A stretch of DNA of 64,000 nt, from assembly GCA_027317865.1 (NCBI GenBank), contig DAHVQG010000007.1, forward strand, positions 32,001 through 96,000, read 5' to 3'. The DNA is from Bdellovibrionales bacterium (GTDB taxonomy: Bacteria > Bdellovibrionota > Bdellovibrionia > Bdellovibrionales > UBA1609). Every line of letters begins with the position of its first letter. The first letter of the stretch is position 1. The translations under genes were made by a program, and so were the position numbers. Below the pieces are notes generated by a model, which was not told the origin of the DNA, did no database searches, and saw only the letters and a program-made list of their open reading frames with translations. Below, piece after piece: positions 1 through 12,669 of this stretch.

Positions 1-440
1 ATTATCAGTTTGACCTTACAGTCGGAAAGTACGGATTTAACTATAAGCAGTCTTTTATTTGCCGCAATAGCGGGTCGCAAATGTATTGGACCCAAGAATG
101 TCTTGAACAGGCCGCCGGTTCGAATTCACCTGTTATGTCGAATGCGGCGTTAATGACTCAATGTTCGGCACTCAATAATGGGGGAGTGAAATGTGATTTC
201 AATCTACAAGGGCAAATGCACGATGTACATGCGCTGTTCGTGACGATACCTGCCGCAAAAGTCGCCTACAATTTTTATTTGCAGTACACTTCGTACGCGG
301 CACAAATCGGCACATTTAAAGGCAACAATTTTCATAAATTAATGAAAGATCTTGAAATTCACGAACGAACGGCTGTCCGGCAATCTTCGAATGGCACCTA
401 CAATTTTGTGGCCCAAATTCCGCAATTAAATAACACCTGA
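1..440 (+). CDS. Hypothetical Cys/Asn-rich protein, 5'-truncated by window edge
   Basis: The frame of ORF 81..440 is open back to base 3 (YQFDLTVGKYGFNYKQSFICRNSGSQ-MYWTQ...). No family recognised. Confidence 0.55.
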   Translation, partial: YQFDLTVGKYGFNYKQSFICRNSGSQMYWTQECLEQAAGSNSPVMSNAALMTQCSALNNGGVKCDFNLQGQMHDVHALFVTIPAAKVAYNFYLQYTSYAAQIGTFKGNNFHKLMKDLEIHERTAVRQSSNGTYNFVAQIPQLNNT

Positions 441-475
441 TGCTATTATTTAAATAAATTTTCTAAGCGGTCTAG

Positions 476-877
476 TTATTGCGCGGTCAAAGTTAAGTTC
501 GTGGGCGGGCTAGGAATAACTGTCGAAATAGTTTTAATAGGCCCAGGTATCGCCTTTTCTACTACATTAGACGGCACATTTTGTGTGCCAGTAGTCGTGT
601 ATGCCGTGACGACAAAATACCACGTTCCATTAGCCAGATTACTCACCATATACCCGGCCTGACTTGGATTTGGAACATTGATTATATTTGTCATCGAGCT
701 GGGGTTAGCGCCATAGTAGATATCAAATCCTGCCAAATTTGTAACCGGAGTGCCGTCCGTATTGGTTGTCGGTATTGTCCACATAAGGTACGCTTGGTTG
801 GTGCCAATGGTCACAGTTTGAGCTAGTACAGCAGAGCCAAAAAGTGAGATCAAAAAGGCAATAAAAATTTTTTTCAT
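476..877 (-). CDS. Secreted fibronectin type III-like domain protein
   Basis: Signal peptide MKKIFIAFLISLFGSAVLA after a GAAGGA RBS. FN3-like pattern LMWTIPT..NLAGFDIYYG..VSNLANGTWYFVVTAY..SN. Confidence 0.7.
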   Translation of the reverse strand: MKKIFIAFLISLFGSAVLAQTVTIGTNQAYLMWTIPTTNTDGTPVTNLAGFDIYYGANPSSMTNIINVPNPSQAGYMVSNLANGTWYFVVTAYTTTGTQNVPSNVVEKAIPGPIKTISTVIPSPPTNLTLTAQ

Positions 878-1255
878 AATATATTCCTTCCCGTTCGCTT
901 GTTGGCAACGAGCATAATCGACGCCAGTATACTTGATCGGCAATCACCTCGCGACCATAATTTTTTTAATTTGTAATATCAAGATTATGGTCAACGTATT
1001 CGAATCTGATTTCGAAATAAAACGATCATTTTTTATGCACTGTTAAAAAAAATATTTAGTTGTCATTTGGTATTTTGATGCTCAATTACGACAAATTTCA
1101 TTTGAGCCGACAATTTTTGTCAGTTGTAGATTAGGACGACATTTTATCGCAACTAATTATTTTCAAAAAATCCGAAATCGCGATTTTGAATTCGTCTTGA
1201 TATATTTGATTTCGATAATTGTGACGAGTGCCAACCAGGGTAAGGAGGCTGAACA

Positions 1256-1912
1256 ATGAATAAGATTGCAACCGCAATGATCAGCATAATGATCAGCATT
1301 CTTTTTACAGGGTTGTCCGTTTGGGCGGTTCAGAGAAAACAAACTGTCAATCTCGCGCCGCAAGGGCTAAACGATCTTCGCCATGTCGTTGCGTTTGCCC
1401 AAAGAATTGAAAGCGAACACAAAAAATTACTGCGCAATGAAATTATCCTACATGGACTAAGTGAAGTTCGACATCGCTGCATACGTGCGTTGAATGATGA
1501 GAGGAGTGTTTTGGCGTTTGACGCGCGAGTTAACCAAGAACTGGCGGCGCATCCTCAACAAGGTGTCTATACATCACCCGTCCCCGCGCGAATTTATTGG
1601 CGTCACTTCAATGCATTGCCGGCTTTGAAAAAATCGATTCATTCTAAAATTGCAGAAATGTTATCGTCATTGCCAAGCCAAGCCATGGTAACATTATTTT
1701 TGAATCAGAAGTTCACGATAGCGTCGCAGAATAATCAATGGTCTGAAATTGAGTCGGAACTGTCGGGCCTGACGCTAAATAATCCAAATGGTCTTATTCA
1801 AAACGCCACGATTTATTTGAATAGCATCAACAACGCCGTTGATGGATCACTTTCGGGCTATAGAAGTTGTATCAGTCTTGTTAATTCACTCGGTATAGGA
1901 GGGGCTCGATGA
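1256..1912 (+). CDS. Hypothetical protein with N-terminal signal/TM segment
   Basis: 218-aa ORF with AAGGAGG RBS; overlaps the next gene (ATGA). Confidence 0.65.
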   Translation: MNKIATAMISIMISILFTGLSVWAVQRKQTVNLAPQGLNDLRHVVAFAQRIESEHKKLLRNEIILHGLSEVRHRCIRALNDERSVLAFDARVNQELAAHPQQGVYTSPVPARIYWRHFNALPALKKSIHSKIAEMLSSLPSQAMVTLFLNQKFTIASQNNQWSEIESELSGLTLNNPNGLIQNATIYLNSINNAVDGSLSGYRSCISLVNSLGIGGAR

Positions 1913-2796
1913 AGACGTTGTTTAACGGAGTGCAACTCATCGCCCTCATATTATGTTTGGCCGGTTGTGGCGGCGGCGGCGGTAGCGGTTCGGGCGTTTC
2001 GAAATCAAATCAAAATGGTCATGGCCCTTTTCAATTCCTCGATGCCACGTTACCGCAAAATGCGACCAACGTGCCTGTAAATGGGTTATCGATCACTTTA
2101 ACGTTTTCAAATTCGATTAACTCCACACAAGCGAACCTCGATTTAAATGCTTCAACATCAGATACGGTCATTTTACTAACCGGGGTCAAAGAAGGTGGGA
2201 GCATACCAATAAAAATCAGCGTACAGGGGCCAACTTTAGTAGTTACTCCTACCGCTCCCTTACTGTACGGCGATCAATACACACTCACCATTCGCCCGAC
2301 GTTGCTCGATATTTATGGCCAATCTTTACAGATGCCGACAAACGGCGATTTACCGCTTAACTTTACAACTGCCGCGTCCGGCACTACTACCGGTAGCGGA
2401 TCGGGTTCGGGCACTGGCTCCGGCTCCGGCTCTGGCTCTGGAAGCGGTTCGTCCGGCATGGTGACAATGGGGTTTGATTTAAATAATTCGTACTCTGGTA
2501 TAACGATCGGGAGCATCACTTATTCATTAGGTACTCAGTCGCAAGTAGACGGAAGTGGCGCCGTTTCGCCCACGGCCAATTACAACATACAAAACAATGC
2601 GGTGGTCGATGCGACACAAACAACACCGGTCATACCGGCAGGTGTATTTGCAAGCCAACATTTCACCTACAATATCTTTTATTCATTTCAGAGCGGGACG
2701 ACGTATTACGCGGCCATGAAAGCGTGTATGACTGAGCCAGATGGATCGCAACTTTGCAGTCCGTATTCAACCGAAGCGAGTATAACGCCTCCGTAG
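1909..2796 (+). CDS. Lipoprotein with Ig-like (Big_5/SbsA-like) domain and Gly-Ser linker
   Basis: Lipobox LAGC. Ig-like pattern P.NATNVPVN..ITLTFS..TLVVTP..PL..G.QYTLTI...L.D..G..L. GS repeat linker at about 2378-2457. Confidence 0.7.
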   Translation: MKTLFNGVQLIALILCLAGCGGGGGSGSGVSKSNQNGHGPFQFLDATLPQNATNVPVNGLSITLTFSNSINSTQANLDLNASTSDTVILLTGVKEGGSIPIKISVQGPTLVVTPTAPLLYGDQYTLTIRPTLLDIYGQSLQMPTNGDLPLNFTTAASGTTTGSGSGSGTGSGSGSGSGSGSSGMVTMGFDLNNSYSGITIGSITYSLGTQSQVDGSGAVSPTANYNIQNNAVVDATQTTPVIPAGVFASQHFTYNIFYSFQSGTTYYAAMKACMTEPDGSQLCSPYSTEASITPP

Positions 2797-2860
2797 AGCG
2801 TGCCGGTTCGTGCAAAGTAATCGGCGGGCCCCACGCACCTTCGGTGCATTTCCCGCTCGA

Positions 2861-2945
2861 TGGTGCGCCAGAGAGGACTTGAACCTCCACGCCTTTCGGC
2901 ACATGCCCCTCAAACATGCGTGTCTACCAGTTCCACCACTGGCGC
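2861..2945 (-). tRNA. tRNA-Leu(GAG)
   Basis: Reverse complement is GCGCCAGTGGTGGAACTGGTAGACACGCATGTTTGAGGGGCATGTGCCGAAAGGCGTGGAGGTTCAAGTCCTCTCTGGCGCACCA: anticodon GAG, long variable arm, encoded CCA. Confidence 0.97.
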
Positions 2946-3236
2946 ATCCGTAAAACAGTGAGAGCACTCAATACAATTCGATCACAAAGAGCTACCGGGC
3001 AACGGCCACAGTGTCAATCAAATCGATCACGCTCCTTGCCAAGGCCAACGTCGAGACTTGACCGTCGTTTTCGGTAAGCATTAACCGCGCGCGGTTTTGG
3101 CGGCGTCAAAATTTATGAAGTCAGACGGAGCATCTGACGCCGAATACGGGGGGCCGAGCTTAGCACATGGATGTGCGGGCTCAAAATTAGGCACGTTGAA
3201 CCATGGAGGGGGAAGGTGCCAAACGATTTCATCTAC

Positions 3237-3416
3237 ATGAACAGCATCATCAGCGGGATATTTCTTTTTGGGGTGGTCACCTTACTCTTGACGATTTCTT
3301 ACCTTGGCGGGGTGGACGAGATCGACGATTTCGACGAATTTACCAAATGGGAAGGTCCGACAATGTGGCTCCCACCCGAAGGTCAAACGGGCAATAGCGA
3401 AGAGAATCGCACCTAA
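3237..3416 (+). CDS. Possible small membrane protein
   Basis: Hydrophobic N-terminus MNSIISGIFLFGVVTLLLTISYLGG with an acidic tail; short and unrecognised. Confidence 0.35.
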   Translation: MNSIISGIFLFGVVTLLLTISYLGGVDEIDDFDEFTKWEGPTMWLPPEGQTGNSEENRT

Positions 3417-3464
3417 CCAAAGAAGATCTGGAAATTCTCCGCAACTATAGCTAAAACCGTCTGC

Positions 3465-5641
<2,177 letters not shown>

Positions 5642-5727
5642 TTTCCCGCGCAGATTTCGTGATGACATAGGTTTGGGTTCAATTCATTTTGGATCGTCAT
5701 ATTTGAAACAACTGAGGAGCCTTATTT

Positions 5728-6114
5728 ATGTCGTTCATACGTCGTCGGTGGATGGTCACTTGTTCAACAATTTTTTTGGGCGCAATTGTTTGGTTAAATA
5801 GCGTGCCCGCGTATGCTGCTGCGGCGGCTGGCGGCAGCGCGCCGTTTTATATGCAGCTCCTTCCGTTTATTGCGATATTCGCGATCTTTTATTTCTTAAT
5901 TATTCGTCCGCAATCGAAACGACAAAAAGAACATCAAACTTTTGTATCTAAGCTAAAGCGCGGCGATCAGGTTGTTACGGCCAGCGGAATTTTTGGTAAG
6001 GTCAACGGCATTACCGATCAATTCGTAATGCTTGAAGTATCTGATGGAGTGAACATCCGCATACTCAAAACTCAAATTGCGTCAGCTGTGACGGAAGGTT
6101 CCACAAATGCTTGA
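5728..6114 (+). CDS. yajC: Preprotein translocase subunit YajC
   Basis: FYFLIIRPQ.KR and LKRGDQVVTASGIFG; tgt-yajC-secD-secF order. Confidence 0.95.
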   Translation: MSFIRRRWMVTCSTIFLGAIVWLNSVPAYAAAAAGGSAPFYMQLLPFIAIFAIFYFLIIRPQSKRQKEHQTFVSKLKRGDQVVTASGIFGKVNGITDQFVMLEVSDGVNIRILKTQIASAVTEGSTNA

Positions 6115-7975
6115 TAAATTATCGTACCGATGGGCGATCATCATATTTGTTCTTTTGCTCGGTGGATTCTGGCTGTCACCCAATTTTGTTAATTATGGTA
6201 AGAAGAGTGTTTTTGGTCGCAACAAGATTACCCCGGGACTTGATATTCAAGGCGGAATTCACTTGGTATTGGGTGTCGACGTTAACGAAGTTGTTCGTGA
6301 GCAAATCGCGCGTACGGCAAAAGACATAAGTGGCGAACTGAGCGACAACAAAATAAACTATAAGGCCGTCAATATTGTCGGTGCCAATAAATCCGAAATC
6401 GAAATTCAGCCGACGGATTCGCAAAGCCAAGCGGCGATTGTAAAATATTTGGCAAAAGAATATCCGACGATCCTGCAGGTTATTTCGCAATCCCCGATCA
6501 AAATTGACATCAAATTCTACGATGCCTATCTCGACCGGACGAAAAAGCAAGTCGTTAACCAAGCCATTGCCGTGATTCGAAACCGAATTGACGAATTCGG
6601 TGTCGCCGAACCCAGTATCGCGGCCGAAGGCGAAGACCGCATTGTTGTACAATTGCCTGGAATTCAAAACGCCAACCGCGCGATTGAACTTATAAACAAA
6701 ACAGCGATGCTCAATTTCAGAATCGTTTCGAATGCGATTGCTTTGCCGAAATTGGTAAAAATGATCAGCGATGCTGAGAAAAAATATCATTTTGAACTGA
6801 CCGCCGGTCGGGCCACGCCGCTAGAAGACATGCAAGGTTCTGAGCCGGCAAACACCAAGGTAACCGCTGCCGGTACAACCGTAAATAAAACGCAAGTCGG
6901 AAGCGGCAAGAAGTTAACCAATACGGTTAAAGGAGCCGCACCACAAGTCGAGAAGCTGCACTATCTTGGATACGTTAGACGGTTAAATAAAGTATTGGCG
7001 TCAAAACTTCCGAAAAACACCATGATCGTATTTCAGAAGCTGCCGAACGCGGCCAATATCGTCGTTGGACGTCGTCCGTATTTGGTTGATACCGGCTCAC
7101 ATCTAACGGGAGCGAACCTGGACGATGCGTGGGTCCAAAACGGTCAATTCGGACGGCCTGAAGTCGATTTTCGTTTTACCTTAGAGGGCAAGAAATTATT
7201 TGCAGCATTGACTAAAAAAGCGGCAGGCGGGCAGTTGGCCATCGTCCTCGACGATGTCGTGAAATCCGCGCCTATGGTTAAACGAGAAATCGATAGCGAT
7301 CAGGCGCGTATTACCCTTGGCTCCGGTAATTACGATAAAGTGTTTAGCGAAGCGAAATTTATCGCAACGGCGCTGAGAGCGGGTGCTTTGCCAGCGGCAC
7401 TTGAACCACTTGAACAGCAAACTGTCGGGCCATCGCTCGGTTCGGCTTCAATTCAAAGAGCAAAATTCGCCTCCATTATCGCCTCGCTTGCGGTGTTCAT
7501 TTGGATGTTATTATATTACCGCGGTGCGGGTTTAATTGCGGATCTCAGTTTAATTTTTAACCTGTTTTTGACTTTTGCGGTTTTGACTGCGATGGGCGCG
7601 ACATTGGATCTCGCCGGTATTGCGGGGCTGGCTCTTACAATTGGCATGGCTGTCGATGCGAACGTTATTGTTTACGAGCGGATTCGAGAGGAGATGCGCA
7701 AGGGCGCAAGCCCTGCCGGTGCGGTTCGCGATGGTTACCATAATGCGTATCCCTCGATATTTGATGCGGACATTTGTACCATTCTGACTTGTTTTGTTCT
7801 GATTTATTATGGCACCGGTCCAATCCGCGGATTTGCTGTGACGCTTGCAATTGGGATGGTGACGTCAATGTTTACAGCCGTTTTCTTTTCACGCACGGTG
7901 ATGGAGACATTGGTAAACAATTTCAATTATAAAGTGTTTAACATTACGCCAAATAAAACATCCGCACATAATTAA
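6107..7975 (+). CDS. secD: Protein translocase subunit SecD
   Basis: GLDIQGG, RIDEFGVAEP, LRAGALP, VGPSLG, GMAVDANV.YERIREE, GPIRGFA. Confidence 0.97.
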   Translation: MLDKLSYRWAIIIFVLLLGGFWLSPNFVNYGKKSVFGRNKITPGLDIQGGIHLVLGVDVNEVVREQIARTAKDISGELSDNKINYKAVNIVGANKSEIEIQPTDSQSQAAIVKYLAKEYPTILQVISQSPIKIDIKFYDAYLDRTKKQVVNQAIAVIRNRIDEFGVAEPSIAAEGEDRIVVQLPGIQNANRAIELINKTAMLNFRIVSNAIALPKLVKMISDAEKKYHFELTAGRATPLEDMQGSEPANTKVTAAGTTVNKTQVGSGKKLTNTVKGAAPQVEKLHYLGYVRRLNKVLASKLPKNTMIVFQKLPNAANIVVGRRPYLVDTGSHLTGANLDDAWVQNGQFGRPEVDFRFTLEGKKLFAALTKKAAGGQLAIVLDDVVKSAPMVKREIDSDQARITLGSGNYDKVFSEAKFIATALRAGALPAALEPLEQQTVGPSLGSASIQRAKFASIIASLAVFIWMLLYYRGAGLIADLSLIFNLFLTFAVLTAMGATLDLAGIAGLALTIGMAVDANVIVYERIREEMRKGASPAGAVRDGYHNAYPSIFDADICTILTCFVLIYYGTGPIRGFAVTLAIGMVTSMFTAVFFSRTVMETLVNNFNYKVFNITPNKTSAHN

Positions 7976-7998
7976 GGTAAACAGTAAGTAGGTAAACA

Positions 7999-8982
7999 AT
8001 GGCTTTAGTTCCATCTGCAGTAAATCCGAATAGAAAGTTTGACACCGGTCGATTCGACTTTTTGGGTAAGGCAAAATATCTCGTTCCGTTGTCGATTATC
8101 ACAATTGTGGTCGGGCTAATTAACTTAGGTACTCGCGGCCTCAATTACGGTATCGACTTTGTGGGTGGTACGGTCATTCAAATTCAGTACGAAAAGCCCG
8201 TCAGCGCCGAAACTGTTCGACAGGTTCTCAATCACGCCGGCTATCAAAAGGCGATGGTGCAAACCTTTAGCAACAATCGCGATTTTTTGATTCGCACCGA
8301 AGCGCTTCGCGGCAAGACCCAACGGCAAAGCGACCAATTGCAAAATGCTTTGGTCAAAAAATTATCTGCGGCCCTTAGAACTGGTGTGGCTGGTAACCCA
8401 GCGCAAATTGAAAGTGTGAACTCAGTCGGGCCAGAAGTTGGCGCTCAGCTCAAGCGTAACTCGTTACTTGCGACGTTCTACAGTTTGCTAATGATTTTGG
8501 TCTATATTGGGATCCGCTTCGACTACAAGTACGCTCCCGGGGCGGTGTTTTGCCTAATTCACGATGCCGTCGTGACCATCAGTATTTATGCGATTTTTAG
8601 GCGCGAGGTGAATATGCAAACGCTCGCGTCGATTTTAACCCTGTTGGGGTATTCGACGAACGACACGATCATTACGTTCGACCGGATTCGTGAAAATGAA
8701 AAAGTGTACCGTGGTGAAAGCTTCTATAATTTAGTGAACCGTTCGGTGAACGACATGTTAAGCCGAACCCTTTTAACCGCGTTCACTACTGAACTTGCCG
8801 TCTGTGGTCTTTATTTCTTGTCTGGGGGAGTAATTAAGCAAATTACATTTACACTTCTTGTTGGGATCATAATCGGCACGTACTCGTCGATTTACATTGC
8901 CGCGTACATTGTCATTTGGTTCGATCGCCTTGAGAAGCGTAAAGCTCAGGCGCGATTGCAAACCGCCAAAGCCTCAAGTTAG
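7999..8982 (+). CDS. secF: Protein translocase subunit SecF
   Basis: GIDFVGG, VGPEVG, GYSTNDTII.FDRIRE, GTYSSIYIA. Confidence 0.97.
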   Translation: MALVPSAVNPNRKFDTGRFDFLGKAKYLVPLSIITIVVGLINLGTRGLNYGIDFVGGTVIQIQYEKPVSAETVRQVLNHAGYQKAMVQTFSNNRDFLIRTEALRGKTQRQSDQLQNALVKKLSAALRTGVAGNPAQIESVNSVGPEVGAQLKRNSLLATFYSLLMILVYIGIRFDYKYAPGAVFCLIHDAVVTISIYAIFRREVNMQTLASILTLLGYSTNDTIITFDRIRENEKVYRGESFYNLVNRSVNDMLSRTLLTAFTTELAVCGLYFLSGGVIKQITFTLLVGIIIGTYSSIYIAAYIVIWFDRLEKRKAQARLQTAKASS

Positions 8983-8990
8983 GTATTGCC

Positions 8991-10769
8991 GTGTCGGTGG
9001 GGGGGGATCAATGGGTCGCGCGTACTTCGCCGGGCGAAGTCCCTCCAGAGGATATCCCGCCAGCAATATGGAACGTCTTGCGAGCGCGAGGCCTCACTGA
9101 GCCTGATGAAATTGAAAAGATTTTGCATCCAAGACTGCGCGACTTAGCTCATCCGTTCTCGCTCGATCAAATGGACCGCGCGGTTCAATTGTTGATCGAA
9201 GCGCATAAGAAACAAGAACCGATTTTAATTTATGGCGATTATGATCTTGACGGCACTCCGGGTGTCGCTCTGTTGCGCGAGGGTCTTGAAAAACTCGGAT
9301 TTACCCATCTATTTACGGTTCAACCGTCGCGCATGAACGACGGTTACGGTTTGCACGCGCACCTGGTTAAAAAATTTAAAGATAGCGGAGTACGTATCGT
9401 CATCACCGTTGACGTGGGAATTACCGATGTCGAGGCGGTCGATGAACTGAAAAAAGACGGCATTAATGTGATCGTAACCGATCACCATCTCCCCAAAAGC
9501 GTTTTACCTGATGCATATGCAGTTGTGAACCCGAATAAGGGTGATTGTGGCTCGAGGCTTCAACATTTGTGCGGTACGGGGGTCGCATTTTATCTGGTAC
9601 TCGCTTTGCGTATGGAGCTTGAACGTCAGGGTTTGTTAAGTAAGCCATTTGATCCGAAAGACCTTCTTGATTTGTTTGCGCTCGCGACTGTGACGGATAT
9701 GGTTCCGCTTGTTAAAGAGAACCGGATTTTGGTTAAACACGGTCTTCAACGTCTCGCTCATACCGTTCGGCCGGGATTGCGGTTACTTCTGGGGGAATTA
9801 GGACTCTACGGCCGCGATTTAACTGCACAGGACATCGGATTTCGACTGGCACCCAAACTTAATGCGCTCACGCGGCTCGAGGGCGACTTGACCGCTTATG
9901 AAATTTTGACAGCAAACGAAACAAACGCGCGCGATCGGGTCAATCAGGCCCTGCATGTGAATGAAAAGCGGCGAGCGCTGCAAGCTCATGCGAAACAAGT
10001 GGCGCAGCAGTGGACTCAAGCTCATTTTCAACCCGGTGACCCGTGTCTTTTTGTTTATTCAAACGAATTTCATCCTGGAGTCATAAGTCTTGTTGCAAAT
10101 GACTTGGCTTCAGAATTTGACTTGCCAACTTTTGTGGGGGCGGTGTGTGAAGACGGGCGCATTGTTGGCAGCGCGCGTGCTCCATCGACCTTTGATAACA
10201 GTGAATTCAGTTTGCCCGAGATACTGCAACGAGCGTCGAGCTTTCTTACGCGATTTGGTGGGCATCGTCATGCTGCGGGTTTTGAACTCGATTTGAAAGT
10301 AGCTGAAGATTTCAGACAAGCCCTTAAAGCGGGTTTTAAACCGGCTGAAATGTCGAACCCTGTAACATCAGATGTGCCGTCAACATCACCTGAGTTAGAA
10401 CGAGAAAGTAAGACGTTATTTTACGATTCAGAGCTTGCGTTACATGATTTTTCGCATCGGTTTATGTCTTGGCATGAGGCAATCGGTCCGTTTGGGCCTG
10501 GATTTGAAGCTCCTTCATTTTTAATGCGTGGTCTGCGCATACGTGCGGTTCGAAAGCTTAAAAATAAATTTCTTCGGTATACCTTAACCGATGGCTTACG
10601 CGAACTTGAAGCGCCATGGTTTGAAAATCCTGTTGAATTTGAAAAGGGGACCAAGATCGATTTTATTTTTGAGCCGCAATGGAACGATTATAACGGTAGG
10701 CGGACGCTGCAGGCTCGAATTTTAGCGGCCCGTATTCATTCTTCGAGCCGCCCTTTTGAAACAGATTAG
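8991..10769 (+). CDS. recJ: ssDNA-specific exonuclease RecJ
   Basis: DHH-family motifs GDYDLDG, DGYGL, TVDVG, TDHH, GSAR, GGHRHAAG. Confidence 0.95.
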   Translation: MSVGGDQWVARTSPGEVPPEDIPPAIWNVLRARGLTEPDEIEKILHPRLRDLAHPFSLDQMDRAVQLLIEAHKKQEPILIYGDYDLDGTPGVALLREGLEKLGFTHLFTVQPSRMNDGYGLHAHLVKKFKDSGVRIVITVDVGITDVEAVDELKKDGINVIVTDHHLPKSVLPDAYAVVNPNKGDCGSRLQHLCGTGVAFYLVLALRMELERQGLLSKPFDPKDLLDLFALATVTDMVPLVKENRILVKHGLQRLAHTVRPGLRLLLGELGLYGRDLTAQDIGFRLAPKLNALTRLEGDLTAYEILTANETNARDRVNQALHVNEKRRALQAHAKQVAQQWTQAHFQPGDPCLFVYSNEFHPGVISLVANDLASEFDLPTFVGAVCEDGRIVGSARAPSTFDNSEFSLPEILQRASSFLTRFGGHRHAAGFELDLKVAEDFRQALKAGFKPAEMSNPVTSDVPSTSPELERESKTLFYDSELALHDFSHRFMSWHEAIGPFGPGFEAPSFLMRGLRIRAVRKLKNKFLRYTLTDGLRELEAPWFENPVEFEKGTKIDFIFEPQWNDYNGRRTLQARILAARIHSSSRPFETD

Positions 10770-10783
10770 AAAATAACTTAAGA

Positions 10784-11389
10784 CTAATTTTTGACGAAAT
10801 TGGTCAGCTGCAAGGTCACGTTGCCAAGCATGCCTGACGGTGCAATTTCTTGTACCATTCCGCCGACCGGTACGCTGCGATTGATCCAAATTTGAGAATC
10901 TGTATTTTGGGATGAATCGTGGAGCTTAATATACATACACACGAATGTGCCTTTCGGGACAGTGACGGTTGCCTTGTGCATAGCCACAACTTTTTCTGAA
11001 CCGGGGTTAGGCGGAGTTTGTGGTTTGCCGTTTACCAGCAATTTTAATATTTTGCCGATCGGGCTATATAAGACGTCAATTGTTTGTTTGCCCAACATGC
11101 TAAGGTTCATGTCCGTTTCAACCCAGTACCCTTGGCTCACTTGTTGCTTAACAAACATGTGTGAAGTACCGCTGATAAATCCCATATTCACGTTGTAATC
11201 GGCCGAATCGCCAACAGTGAAAATCCCGGACATAATCGTCTCGGACGTCATTTGTTTAACCACGGCGTGGGTGACGGCATTCGTTAACGCTTGGGCTTCG
11301 CTCGTTGCTAAATGCGTTGAATTAACAGTAGCGCCCCGGGCTTGAAAACCGAGAAGCAACGCCGCTGCGACAAAAAATGTTCGTACCAT
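10784..11389 (-). CDS. Secreted hypothetical protein
   Basis: GGAGG RBS, signal peptide, beta-rich body with a TVTVPKGTF motif. Confidence 0.7.
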   Translation of the reverse strand: MVRTFFVAAALLLGFQARGATVNSTHLATSEAQALTNAVTHAVVKQMTSETIMSGIFTVGDSADYNVNMGFISGTSHMFVKQQVSQGYWVETDMNLSMLGKQTIDVLYSPIGKILKLLVNGKPQTPPNPGSEKVVAMHKATVTVPKGTFVCMYIKLHDSSQNTDSQIWINRSVPVGGMVQEIAPSGMLGNVTLQLTNFVKN

Positions 11390-11466
11390 AAATCCTCCCT
11401 TTTATGTGCCGGTTAACCGGCTTTGTTCAAACCATCCTTGTAAATTGTCCATTTATCGAATCATGC

Positions 11467-12543
11467 TTAAAGAGCCGCGTCCACTAATTTTTTTGGCCGC
11501 TTGAGATGAATTATGAACGTTGTGCCCTTGTTTACGCCTTCGCTTTCGACATGGATGGTGCCGCCGTGCCGTTCGATAATTTCTTTTGCAATTGATAGCC
11601 CCAATCCAAGACCGCCAAGAATTTTTGAATCCTGTTTCGAAGTCTGCCAATACGTATCAAATAAATGCGGTAGCGCTTCTTTTGCAATCCCTCGGCCGGT
11701 GTCTTGCACAAATAGCGAAATGCGGTGATCGAGAGCCTTGGATCTGATCGTCACTTTGCCGCCTCGCGGAGTGAACTTTACCGCATTGGTAAACAAATTC
11801 CATAGGACCTGAATGAGCCGTTCATAATCCGCGTCGATATCGTTTGCGTTTTTGTCGATGATCACTTCTTTTTTGATTCCGCGTTCTTCGGCTTGGTTTC
11901 GAACAACGGACCACGCGGTTTCGATCGCTTCGTCAAGATGGACCGGGCGTATATTGAGTTCGAATTTGCCGCTTTTTAGGCGTGCCCAATCCACCAAATC
12001 ATTGACGAACATAAACTCAAGTTTGAGCGAACGTGAAATGGTATCAATGGCTATTTTTGCCGTTGTAGGATCTTCTGGCGACTGCCGCCACAAATCCGTG
12101 GCCATCGAAATCGTCGCGAGGGGGTTGCGTAACTCATGAGCGACTTGTGAAAATAATTGATCTTTTGTTCTGTTCATTGCTTCGGCCGCTTTACGGGCAA
12201 CGCGTTCATCTTCGGTCCTGCGCGCTTTTGAGACAATTTGGCTTACCAAAATCGCGGCGACACCGAACACCGTCGCCACCGTAACGTCGGCGAAACTCAA
12301 CGGCCCTAAATGGTAGCGGGGCGGCAGAAATAAAAAATCAATGGCAGCAACTGAACATACTGTTGCGCAAAGGCCGCCCCAGAGTCCACCACTCCAAGCA
12401 CTGGACATGACGACCATTCCGAACAGTATGTCGACTGTTTTGTCTAAATAAGCTTGCAAAAAAAACGAGACGAGTGCCGCAATCGCCGTCAATACGGTGG
12501 GGAGCACGAATCTCAAATAAAAGAGCCGACGGTTTGATTTCAT
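11467..12543 (-). CDS. Membrane sensor histidine kinase (KdpD-like/DUF4118-type TM sensor, HisKA, HATPase)
   Basis: Four TM helices, H-box AHELRNPL, N-box NLFTNAVKFT, DTGRGI, GLGLGL. No adjacent response regulator. Confidence 0.9.
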   Translation of the reverse strand: MKSNRRLFYLRFVLPTVLTAIAALVSFFLQAYLDKTVDILFGMVVMSSAWSGGLWGGLCATVCSVAAIDFLFLPPRYHLGPLSFADVTVATVFGVAAILVSQIVSKARRTEDERVARKAAEAMNRTKDQLFSQVAHELRNPLATISMATDLWRQSPEDPTTAKIAIDTISRSLKLEFMFVNDLVDWARLKSGKFELNIRPVHLDEAIETAWSVVRNQAEERGIKKEVIIDKNANDIDADYERLIQVLWNLFTNAVKFTPRGGKVTIRSKALDHRISLFVQDTGRGIAKEALPHLFDTYWQTSKQDSKILGGLGLGLSIAKEIIERHGGTIHVESEGVNKGTTFIIHLKRPKKLVDAAL

Positions 12544-12669
12544 GCGGAGTTATTTATAGATTTATTTAAGAAAACTTCAAAACAAGTTCTCGGTAGACGT
12601 GGTTAGGCGCCTGTGTTATCTACCCAAGGGGCAAGATATCTAAAATTTCAAATCGACGCGCGGGGCCGA

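Noticed and set aside
1277-1299. Tandem ATGATCAGCAT duplication
   Set aside because: In-frame 12-bp-period duplication in a signal region; trivial.
2378-2457. Short GGCTC(C/T) tandem repeats
   Set aside because: They encode a Gly-Ser linker; not a CRISPR array.
2663-2967. ORFs 2663..2917 and 2767..2967 (also 51192..51389)
   Set aside because: They overlap tRNA genes and are spurious.
3120-3182. Two hairpins upstream of the small ORF and queA
   Set aside because: No match to an RNA family I recognise and no independent support.
3430-3464. preQ1 riboswitch upstream of queA (CTATAGCTAAAACC)
   Set aside because: Only superficial loop similarity; no P1 stem and no A-rich 3' tail.
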